The translations under genes were made by a program, and so were the position numbers. Positions 48,118-57,914 of a stretch of DNA of 64,000 nt are shown in pieces. The stretch comes from Macrostomum lignano (lineage: Eukaryota): contig NIVC01000084.1 of NCBI GenBank assembly GCA_002269645.1, forward strand, positions 496,001-560,000, in the 5' to 3' direction. The notes under the pieces are model-generated. The model worked only from the letters and a program-made list of their open reading frames with translations. It was not told the origin of the DNA and did not search any database. The number at the start of each line of letters is the position of its first letter. The first letter of the stretch is position 1.

Positions 48118-48273
48118 GCCCAGCTGCTTAGCGAAGTCAACCGGCTGCCAATCACGGCTGACACTCTTCGAGCTCGCCAGCGTCGAGTGGAATTGGAGCG
48201 TCAATTGGCTGAGCTTGACGAAGCTGTCAAAGTGTTCTCAAGGCCCAAGGTGTTTGTGCGACTGGAAGACTGA
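48118..48273 (+). CDS. ENKD1: ENKD1 last exon (enkurin domain end; 348 aa total)
   Basis: tgtacag acceptor. AQLLSEVNRLPITADTLRARQRRVELERQLAELDEAVKVFSRPKVFVRLED* ~ human ...EEAIKIFSRPKVFVKMDD*. Not in the ORF track. Confidence 0.93.
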   Translation, partial: AQLLSEVNRLPITADTLRARQRRVELERQLAELDEAVKVFSRPKVFVRLED

Positions 48274-48356
48274 GAGCCGGGTGTTTATTGCTTTTGATTT
48301 AATTGTATCTTTTTATCATGCCGCCTAATGTGTACCCGCGATTAAGGTTTGTTCAT

Positions 48357-49235
48357 TGATCTAGCCGCAAATCCAACCATCCCCCTTTGTCTACTTTGAT
48401 CTAGCCGCCATTCCGGCCCAAAATATCCACTTATTTGATCTAGCCGCCATTCCGACCCAGAATATCCACTTATTTGATCTAGCCGCCATTCCGACCCAGA
48501 ATATCCACTTATTTGATCTAGCCGCCATTCAGACCCAAATTATCCACTTATTTGATCTAGCCGCCATTCTGACCCAGAATATCCACTTCTTTGATCTAGC
48601 CGCCATTCCGACCCAGAATATCCACTTATTTGATCTAGCCGCCATTCCGACCCAGAATATCCACTTATTTGATCTAGCCGCCATTCCGACCCAGAATATC
48701 CACTTATTTGATCTAGCCGCCATTCCGACCCAGAATATCCACTTATTTGATCTAGCCGCCATTCCGACCCAGAATATCCACTTATTTGATCTAGCCGCCA
48801 TTCCGACCCAGAATATCCACTTATTTGATCTAGCCGCCATTCCGACCCAAATTATCCACTTATTTGATCTAGCCGCCATTCAGACCCAAATTATCCACTT
48901 ATTTGATCTAGCCGCCATTCTGACCCAGAATATCCACTTCTTTGATCTAGCCGCCATTCCGACCCAGAATATCCACTTATTTGATCTAGCCGCCATTCCG
49001 ACCCAGAATATCCACTTATTTGATCTAGCCGCCATTCTGACCCAGAATATCCACTTCTTTGATCTAGCCGCCATTCCGACCCAGAATATCCACTTATTTG
49101 ATCTAGCCGCCATTCCGACCCAGAATATCCACTTCTTTGATCTAGCCGCCATTCCGACCCAGAATATCCACTTATTTGATCTAGCCGCCATTCCGACCCA
49201 AATTATCCACTTATTTGATCTAGCCGCCAATCCGT
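48357..49235. repeat. 39-bp minisatellite downstream of the ENKD1 stop
   Basis: GATCTAGCCGCCATTCCGACCCAGAATATCCACTTATTT, about 22 copies including an exact 351-bp block duplication. Confidence 0.97.
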
Positions 49236-50109
49236 CCCAATCTTTGGATTAATTAGTTCTTGATTAATCCTTATAAATAATGTTCCAAAATTGCATGTTT
49301 TTTAAACTAGCTGCTCTGTTTTACCTGTAATAATTGCTTGATATTGTATTTGTCATTGATTTTAAGAAATAAAGGTTCAGCGCTATTAAAAGAAGCCTTT
49401 TTTCTTCTTATTAATAACCATTCAAGTTTACACTGTTTTTAATTGAGTTACTGCTGCCTGCATTTTGGTTTGCTATCCGAATTGTCGGGTGAACTGTTGG
49501 GTGATTTTTATAATTAATTGAGTTTCAATTAATAAATAGTCCGTCCAAAATTCCAGAAAAGATATTTTAATGTTTTAATCGTAGTTTGTTTTGTCTTTAA
49601 TAATTCGTTTGATACGTTACGTTTTTTGACCTATACTTCTTGTCTTAGGTGCACTCCAGCTTTTATAACACATCACATTGGCTGTGTCTTCTATTTCTGC
49701 TGATGAAAACTTATAAACCTAAAACATTCTTGATTCTTGTTTACTTGCAATTATTGACTTTCCCAAGCATATATTGAACTGTTAAAATATTGTCTTTTTG
49801 CTACTGCTTTGTTAGCAGTAATAAAAGCGTGTGTTTTTTTATTTTTAGAAATCTGTTATTTGATGTCTGTGTACTATCAAATACATTGAAACTGTTTATC
49901 AAATACTTTTTAGTTCTAATTGCTTCAATTTTGAATATATATTAGTAAATAGTTATGCTTAGTATAGAGTTATTAAGCTTAGTTTTTAGTGTACATAATT
50001 TAATAATGGCTTGGATTGGGGACTAAAAAATGGTGTCATAAATAAAACGTTGTAGAAGAAATTCGTGCCTTATTAATTTTCAGGTGCATTAAACCACTCA
50101 ATTGAAGTC

Positions 50110-50328
50110 ATGTTTCGTCCACCGGCTCCATCGACTGTGGCGACGACAGCTCGTTCTGCTGGACCGCCGCAGCCGCCGCCGAAGCATCCGTGGCTAAAAT
50201 CTGTGCTGAGCTGGTACACTGAGCAGTGGAAATGGTCCATTGTGAAGGGTGCGGCATTCTTTTTTGGCTCTGTGGCTCTGGCTCATCTGATTGACGCAGA
50301 GCTCAATGCTCCAACTGAAGCAGTCTAA
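50110..50328 (+). CDS. TOMM6: 72-aa single-TM microprotein, TOMM6 (TOM complex subunit)-like
   Basis: WLKSVLSWYTE-QWKWSIVKGAAFFFGSVALAHLI-DAELNAPTEAV resembles human WLRGVYRFATDRNDFRRNLILNLGLFAAGVWLARNLSDIDLMAPQPGV. ttttcag acceptor at 50083; AATAAA near 50362. Confidence 0.6.
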   Translation: MFRPPAPSTVATTARSAGPPQPPPKHPWLKSVLSWYTEQWKWSIVKGAAFFFGSVALAHLIDAELNAPTEAV

Positions 50329-51150
50329 AGACTTTTGATTTAGTTTCAAGCTCACGTCTTAATAAAATTCTGCTTTATGGTTTTTACGACGCATTCAATA
50401 TTGTTCCGATTTATCATCTGTTGAATAAAGACGCTTAATCAATTAGTCGTGTTTAATATCGGCTTTTTTGTTTGCTTATTTTGGCATTGAAGTATTTGGT
50501 CCTCAGTGGGTATAGCCTGGGGTTGAGTAGTTAGCGGATAATTAACGCGTCTTATTTATTCATCAATTAAGCAAAATTTAACAATTAAACAATAAAAAAC
50601 AACAAGATGCTACACCTACCGATGAGAACAACTTAAATGATTGAGATGATGAGACTCTGCTCCGCTACAAGCTAAAATTCCAGCGCAAACCGGTTGAGCC
50701 ATAAACAATTCGGGAGAAACTTCTGTTTATTTAGTCGGAATGCGGAGGTGTGAAGGCTGCGCGGGGCAGGTCATTAAAACAAAGGGTGGTCAATAATGCA
50801 AACAAAAATTACTCGTAATTAAGAAGGTAATTAGTTGTAATTCAAAATAGGGTCTGCCTCAGCATTACTTCACTTTTGTGCCGCGTAACAGAGTCAGTTG
50901 AGAGAAGGGGTTTTTTCTGTTGCTGAGTATAGCATAAGCTTAAGCCCAGCTCAGTAAGTGTAAAACCCTATTGCTGCTGTGAAAATCGGTGTTTTCAAGG
51001 TTGAAATATGTTTCCTCCCAATGCTTATTCCCGCAGCAAGCTGCCAAGGAAGTGGCACGATATTGTTCGATACTAAATCAGCCTCAAACAACAGCATAGC
51101 TCAGATACTGTCTTGAAAAATCGCCGCTGTTCTCAGGTACCGTTGCAAGC

Positions 51151-51864
51151 ATGCGGCTTGGGCGTCTATTGTCCTGGCAGCCTTTGTCGCGGCTTTTCCT
51201 TCTTCCAATAAATCCTATACTGATCTTTGCTATATTTTCTATAAGCGTTGGTTGCGCCGCGGCCACTTACATAATGACGGAGGGCTTTGCTCAATACCTG
51301 CTCAATACTGGTCGATTAGTTCGGCAACACAACGGCAATTTAGATAGCGGCAAAGGCTACTTGTTCAGATTTGATTATCAGCCGCCTCTGTTATTTGTGC
51401 TTCGATCAGATGTGGGCGATGCTGATATTTACGTATCCAGCTACGGTCGGTCCCCCACGCCAGACGATTATGACCTCAAAAGCGAGAACTTCTCGCTTGA
51501 CTTGGTGTTTGTGTCGGAAGAATTGAAGCCGCCAATATCCGTGTTGATCTACGCTTCGCCTCAGAGTAGCGATAATTCCACCTTCTTATTGGAGTTGTAT
51601 AAACACGATACGCTGTTAGATGAGTACAGTCGGATTCGAAATCAAATTGAGTCGCAGTCTGGCGGCTCTGTAGACGACTATGACGATTTTATGAGCGGAG
51701 CTTTTGACAGTCGCAGGCAAAATTCTATATTCACGTCGCAATCGGATAATAATAACAATGATAATAATGGCCAATCAGAAACACTAGGTTCATTGTTATA
51801 CCAGTTATTGGTTCGATTAGGTAGATTATTGTTATTTATATTAGAAGTAGCCGCTGACGCGTGA
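51151..51864 (+). CDS. C6orf120: UPF0669/C6orf120 homolog, intronless
   Basis: RSDVGDADIYVS...PTPDDYDLKS ~ human RSLKGDADLYVS...PSFDDYELQS. N-terminal hydrophobic segment and C-terminal hydrophobic tail. ttctcag acceptor at 51136. Confidence 0.87.
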   Translation: MRLGRLLSWQPLSRLFLLPINPILIFAIFSISVGCAAATYIMTEGFAQYLLNTGRLVRQHNGNLDSGKGYLFRFDYQPPLLFVLRSDVGDADIYVSSYGRSPTPDDYDLKSENFSLDLVFVSEELKPPISVLIYASPQSSDNSTFLLELYKHDTLLDEYSRIRNQIESQSGGSVDDYDDFMSGAFDSRRQNSIFTSQSDNNNNDNNGQSETLGSLLYQLLVRLGRLLLFILEVAADA

Positions 51865-52899
51865 TATGCTTTAATATTTTGGCTACTAAAGTTACTTTCA
51901 CATTATATTAGCTTTGCCAATGTTTAGCTTTCAAATTTAAATAAAACAACTTATTATGGTTTCTGAGTATCAACACAAACATACACGTATATGTCGTATA
52001 TGTCGAAGCGTATTCCTCCCGACCGTTGAATACTTTACGTAACTGTCTTGAATTATCGTGACCTAATCTTTATTCGGACTGTAAATAATTTGCTGCACAG
52101 TATTTCAAGTGTAACTTTAATAAGATAGGTATATCTCTAACCGACTTCACATTATCTGTTCGGACTGTACGGCTTACGCGTAGGTACATGTACCTACATG
52201 CTTTACTTAGTTTTATCAGGGGTCGGTAACACACCTTGTAGAAAATCCAGCGCATGTCTGCAAGCTAGCCAGAGGAGGGGAGAAAGGAGAAACAAGGGAA
52301 TAAATGGGAAAATAGGACAAGAGAAGAAGAGAGATTAAATAGAAGAGTAGATTGTAGAGAAGGGAGCTGAGAGGAGACACGAACCTTTAGCGCGCCGGAG
52401 TTTGCCAACCCTGGTATAAAATAAGTCAAAATAGTGTACACTTACTCAGTAAATTAGACTAACTGACTTGCTCACAATTCTCAAAAACGAACTGTTTATT
52501 TTTCACAATGCTTCCATTTAATGAGCTGGTCGTGTTATCTCTAGAACTTTGAATAAAATTAAAATAAAAAATTAGGGTATAGTTTTAAAAAATATAAAAG
52601 CATATACTTACAGCGACTATAAAGTGTATACGTTTTGCGTATTTAAAAATATTTCATTGACTTGTTTGTTGTGCCAAAATTTATAATTTATTTTGTATAC
52701 GAATTCTAAGGACAAGCCAGCGCATGATTTCAAGCATCCTACTTAAATATTTGTTTTCCAACTGATTACTAAAGAACAAATGTATCAGATATGAAAAGTT
52801 TGTCTTTCACTGGCATCTTCGTTCGTGCTTCATTTTTAGTAAAGTGGACTAGCAATCAGCGCCCCCCCCCCACTTGGGAGGCAGCAAAGAATGGGATAA

Positions 52900-53102
52900 A
52901 AAAATTGAATAAACTACACAGTACATTATAATACACATAACTTCTGACCTCTCAGCCTTGACATCTCAGCAATTCCTTCATTAGTCTTGACGTTTCAGAA
53001 ATTTCGCATGAGCCTTAATTGACATCTCAGTAATTCCCCCCGTGAGCCCTGACATTTTAACGATTTCCCCTATGAGCCTTGACAACTCAGAAATCCCCCC
53101 AT
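52900..53102 (-). repeat. Left part of the AGCCTTGACATCTCAGC minisatellite family, interrupted by the retrotransposon
   Basis: Degenerate AGCCTTGACA(T/A)CTCAG units; the array resumes at 56260. Confidence 0.75.
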
Positions 53103-56100
53103 ACTTACTTGACTTACACTTTCGATGGAGCGTCCAGGACGAAAGGCGCACTGATTGGGGGAGAGCGGGAAGTTCCTCTGCTCCACGAGGAGGAGGCACC
53201 AGAACACCAGCCTTTCCATCAGTTTGAGGAAAAAAGACGTCAGACTGATACGGCGGTAAGCTTTGGCAGATATGATAGTCTCCCTTCCCTGGTTTGGGTA
53301 TGAAGACTACCGTAACCTCTTGTCAGGCTCTTGGCACGTACCCGGTGGGCCTAGCTGCGGTGCGGCACGTGGGAAAGAGCTGGTGAGCATGATGTCCAGC
53401 GATTCCCCAGGGTTCTCAGCAAGCCGGCCGTCCGGTCTTTTAATGACTGAGAGCTTTGACATTTTGTCGAGGGTGAGAGCCTTAACCACGCGGAAAATAG
53501 GACAGGTGCCTTCTTACTCCGTGCAGCATTGGCGCCATTTGTCGGACTTGGCTTTCCTGGTTTCTTGCTTAGAGTCGCGGATTGCGTCTTTTAGGCGGCC
53601 AGGTCAGCTGGGTCCTTGCTCTTGCGAGCTTTCCGTTGGAGGCGCTTTGCCTTGCGCCGGAGGGATCCGAGCGCCGGGTGCCACCAGGGGGCGGATTTTT
53701 GCCTTTGTAGGCTTTGAGAGGACAGGAAGCCTCGTGGGCTGTCAGGACGGTCTTGCTGATCAAGTCTGCAAGGTCATCCACTTCCTGACAGGTGGTTGGA
53801 GCGGCGGTGGTCAGCTGATCTGTCTGACATTTCAGAGTTTCCGCGGAAGCCGTCCAGTCAGTGTTCCGAACGTTACTTTTCCACAGGGTGAGGCTTGGGG
53901 CAAGAGGCCGGATTGCAATCGAAAACAAACGAAGCGATGGTCAGATAGAGACTCCTCTTCGTCTCACACCTCCCAGTCCTTGACTAAAGGAGCCAAGCCA
54001 TGGGAGACGAGGGTAACGTCGAAGGCCTCCGTCCATCGCCCGTTGTCAAAGTGGGGGTTCCACCAATGTTGCAAAACTCAGTGTTGGTGGTGCAGATGTA
54101 AGCAAGGAATTCCTCGCCTCTGCTGTTGGAGGTATTACTGCCCCAGTGGGTGTGGTGGGCGTGGTGGGCATTGACATCGCCCGCCACCAGCAGCTCGAAC
54201 CTACGGTTAGAACAGTAGTCCACGAGGGAGATGAGGTTGGGTGGAACCGCGGGGCCATCGCCAGGGATATAAATCGAGGCGATGATGACCGTGCGGTTGG
54301 TGATAATGTGGTTGGACCGAATGACACATAGGTCTCTGTCAGAGAGGTCCGGTCTGTGCCAAGCTTTGAGATGGATAGACACAAACATGGCTGCTCTGGG
54401 GTTTTAGGGGTCCTGAAAACAGTCAAAACCAGTAGGAATATTCGGAATTTTACCTTTCTTCGTCCAGGGCTCCTGGAGAAGGTTTTACAAAGTTTGCCAC
54501 CTGCATCAGGTTGGTCGAGGCCGCGATGCAGTGGTGTAGATTTAGCTGCAGGATGTCCGCTCCGGGGATTCCACGAGTGGTCCGCGCAGCTTCCTGCCGG
54601 TTCAGGGCGAGTTGTGCAGGAGAGCTGTCTCTTCTGCCTTGCCGATAGCTCCAGGCTCCAGTTCCATGGGCTCCTCCCGGATGGATTCCATGGTCGAGGG
54701 CGGGGCCGCCACCTGGGCGGCATTTTCGCTCTCGGCCCGGTTTCGGGGGGGCCGCAGTGGTGACACTGGGCTGGAGGTTGCTGCGGTTGTGGGCCCTGGC
54801 GGTGTCCAGCAGCTGCTTCGCGCGCTGAGTCAGACCAGAGCGGATAGTGTTCCGGGCGGGTTTCCGGCCCTTTCCACGTCCGCCTGTTGCTGCAGCTTTC
54901 GCGGCTTTCCCTCTGACAGGGTCCACGTCCTCAGAGGGGTCGTGACGACCGGGAGCTTCTTTTCCTGGGCGTTTCTGCCCGGCAGAGCCCCCGACTGCCC
55001 GCTTACGCTTCTCCGGGGGCGGTGGACGGGTGGCGTCAGACTCAAAGCTAAAGAGCTGAATCTGCATCAGCCCGACAGAGATGATGGGCATGTCCGGATA
55101 GCGGAGCATCCAGCTATCCGACAGTCCAAGAATAGCCGTGAAACCGTCTCCGCCCGGCTTGGAGATGGTCTCGTGAACTACGACGCCATTGGCTGGCAGC
55201 TCCGGGTTGGTAGCCACTAGCAGGCGACGCAGCTCGTCGGCCTTGGTGATGGAGCTGCGAGCCGGAATCCAGGCACGGTGCCGGTGTGCACCTGTTTATC
55301 TATCCTATAGATAAACAGGTTTTCCAGCTCCGTACCCCAGTCGAAGGCTTTTAGCATCTCGAGGAGCTGCTGTCCCGACTGACTGTCGGCGGGCTGGATA
55401 TGGAGGGCTTGGTCCTCGATTTTCGTCTTTTGGACTTGAATAGCGGTACCACTCAAGGCCATCTAGACCAAGTGGGAGTCCGGCCTGCGCCAGAGTAGGT
55501 CGAGCTGTTCGGCCGTAAGAGGCGTCTCCTGGCCTTGGATAATCAGGGCCGGCTGCCTCTTGGCCATAGCCGCGTAGGTGCACTTTGGCTCGGTGGTTTC
55601 GCCAGCACCCCCCGCTTTGGATCCCTCCACGGCCGTGGGAGCTTTCACACGGGCAGAGGTCCCGTCACGGGAGGGGCCAGCCGCACCAGGAGCTTCGGCG
55701 GCACCTGACGCTTCTGACCGGCGCGCGGGGTCCACCCCCTTGTCGGATGTCGGCTCCTCCGGGGGGTGGCTTAAGCCCGTACCGGCCCGACCGCTAGCAA
55801 CCGAGAAACTCCCCGGCTAAGAGCCCGCGGCTTGGGGAAACCAGAGGCCGAACCAAAGGACCATCAGCGCGGTGCTAACACTGGGCCCTTGAGGGGGACA
55901 AGTGGCTGTCCCCGGAGCCTGCGGACTGGCCGCATACCCTGTTAAGGTCAGAGGGTGGTACCTGTTCCTCAGAGCCGTGGCCAGAGGTACCTGATACGCA
56001 CAGGTTCACTTCCGGGCGGAGCCCCGTACCCAAATTGGCCAGCTGGCCACGGATGGGTTGCCACCGCCGGAGCCCAGTCAGTCCAGCAGCCTTAGAGCTG

Positions 56101-56258
56101 CCTTGAACACATGCGGGGCGTGAACCCCTGGGTCGACTTGTGAGTCAGCTTGGAGAGAGTTCTCCTGCCATTCCTGCACCAGAAAAGAAGAGGTGCGATC
56201 GCAGACCTTATCTCGTAAGCCTGGTCTGTCTCATGCTACACAGGCGTGCTGAACCCTG
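53103..56258 (-). mobile_element. Decayed APE-type non-LTR retrotransposon (R1/LOA-like): 5' UTR, ORF1, APE endonuclease, and only the start of RT
   Basis: Minus strand: ILQLNLHHCIAAS, LVAGDVNAHH...WGS, WRVSDEESLSDHRF (APE); GYVPRA*QEVTVVFIPKPGKGDY, AKAYRRISLTSFFLKLMERL, QCAFRPGRSIES (RT preamble). Several stops and frameshifts. Confidence 0.88.
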
Positions 56259-56259
56259 T

Positions 56260-57050
56260 AAGCCTTGACATCTCAGCATTTCCCCACATGACTTGACATC
56301 TCAGCATTCCCCCATAAGCCTTGACATCTCAGCATTCCCACATATACCTTGGCATCTCAGAAATCCCTCCGAAGCCTTGACATCTCAACATTCCCCATAA
56401 GCCTTGGCATCTCAGCATCCCCCATAAGCCTTGGCATCTCAGCATTTCCCCACATGACTTGACATCTCAGCATTCCCCCAAAAGCCTTGACATCTCAGCA
56501 TTCCCCCATATGCCTTGGCATCTCAGAAATCCCTCCGAAGCCTTGACATCTCAACATTCCCCATAAGCCTTGGCATCTCAGCATCCCCCCATAAGCCTTG
56601 ACATCTCAGCTTTCCTCCATAAGCCTTGACATCTCAGCTTTCCCCCATATGCTTTGAGATCTCAGAAATTTCCCATGAGCCTTGACATCTCAGCATTCCC
56701 CCATAAGCCTTGACATCTCAGCATTCCCCCATAAGCCTTGAAATCTCAGCTTTCCTCCGAAGCCTTGACATCTCAGCATTCCCCCATAAGCCTTGACATC
56801 TCAGCATTCCCCCATAAGCCTTGACATCTCAGCATTCCCCCATAAGCCTTGACATCTCAGCATTCCCCCATAAGCCTTGACATCTCAGCTTTCCTCCATA
56901 AGCCTTGACATCTCAGCTTTCCCCCATATGCTTTGAGATCTCAGAAATTTCCCATGAGCCTTGAAATCCTAGAGAATTCCCCATTGAATCTTTGACGCTG
57001 CCTTCATTTTTGAAATAGCGCATGTTTTATGTTTGACATGACGCGATTAA
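56260..57050 (-). repeat. 28-bp minisatellite plus degenerate flank
   Basis: AGCCTTGACATCTCAGCATTCCCCCATA, about 25 copies. Confidence 0.95.
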
Positions 57051-57748
57051 AAAATAATTGTACAATGCTGCATGCGAATCAACTATGAAATTTGCACAAT
57101 CATTAATAAACAACAAAAAATGCATCGTTTCAGTTTTGACTTTCATTGATTTCATTTTATTGATCTGCCGTTTTAAGGAGATTTCAATGAAATTTTCACC
57201 TGTTCACCTGAAAAAATTAAGTAAAGTCCCGTTCTCAAAATTTGCTTTTCGGACCAGCTGGTTCATCAGTGTGAAGAGGTACTTCTAAAAAAACAGTTTA
57301 TTCTTTCATTTAGTGCTTGGCTTTGGTTTTGTCACCCTTGGCTAGAAAAGCTAAACAAATATAAATCTAATTGACTGACTGATTCGTGATTTAACTACCG
57401 GAAGTTAGTTAGTGTCAATAGAGTCAATTAGTGGGTGAAAGCAAATTTGCTACCCAGACATTCAGCTGCACTATTGAAGGGCAAATATAGTAGATAGCTG
57501 CTACCTCGCCCACCTGTCAGTCGCCTAAGACAACAGCAAGTTTTTTCTCTTATGGCTCCGCGTCGACCGCATATAGAATGCAACACGTCAGCAAAAACAG
57601 TTTTGTTCCTTCGCAGCTGTGCCATCAAACTTCTAGCATATATAGCTGTTGAATTTTTCCTAAAAACTTAACCAACAGAAAGTTTATTTGGCCCGCCTAA
57701 GTTTGTGTCATAGGTTGAAGCTAATATAGTATCTGATCACTAGCAATC

Positions 57749-57808
57749 ATGCATCAAGTTTGCTTGCTGACAGCACTCTTGATTCTGGCATCTGCTGCCG
57801 CTGATGCG
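57749..57808 (+). CDS. Tyr/Ser/Pro-rich secreted polyprotein, exon 1 (signal peptide)
   Basis: MHQVCLLTALLILASAAADA, then gtaagt (phase 0). Not in the ORF track. Confidence 0.85.
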
Positions 57809-57914
57809 GTAAGTGCAATCAACTAATAAATGTATTTCATGCTTCTGTTTGCTCATACTCGTTCGGTTTTATGTCATTGCTAATGTTTTTTGAAAACTGT
57901 TATGAAAATTTTAG

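Noticed and set aside
48529-49230. Two nearly identical 116-aa ORFs (MAARSNKWIFWVG)n
   Set aside because: 39-bp array with a block duplication.
19585-49235. CRISPR-like appearance of the 30-39-bp arrays
   Set aside because: Units abut with no unique spacers, there are no cas genes, and the context is eukaryotic.
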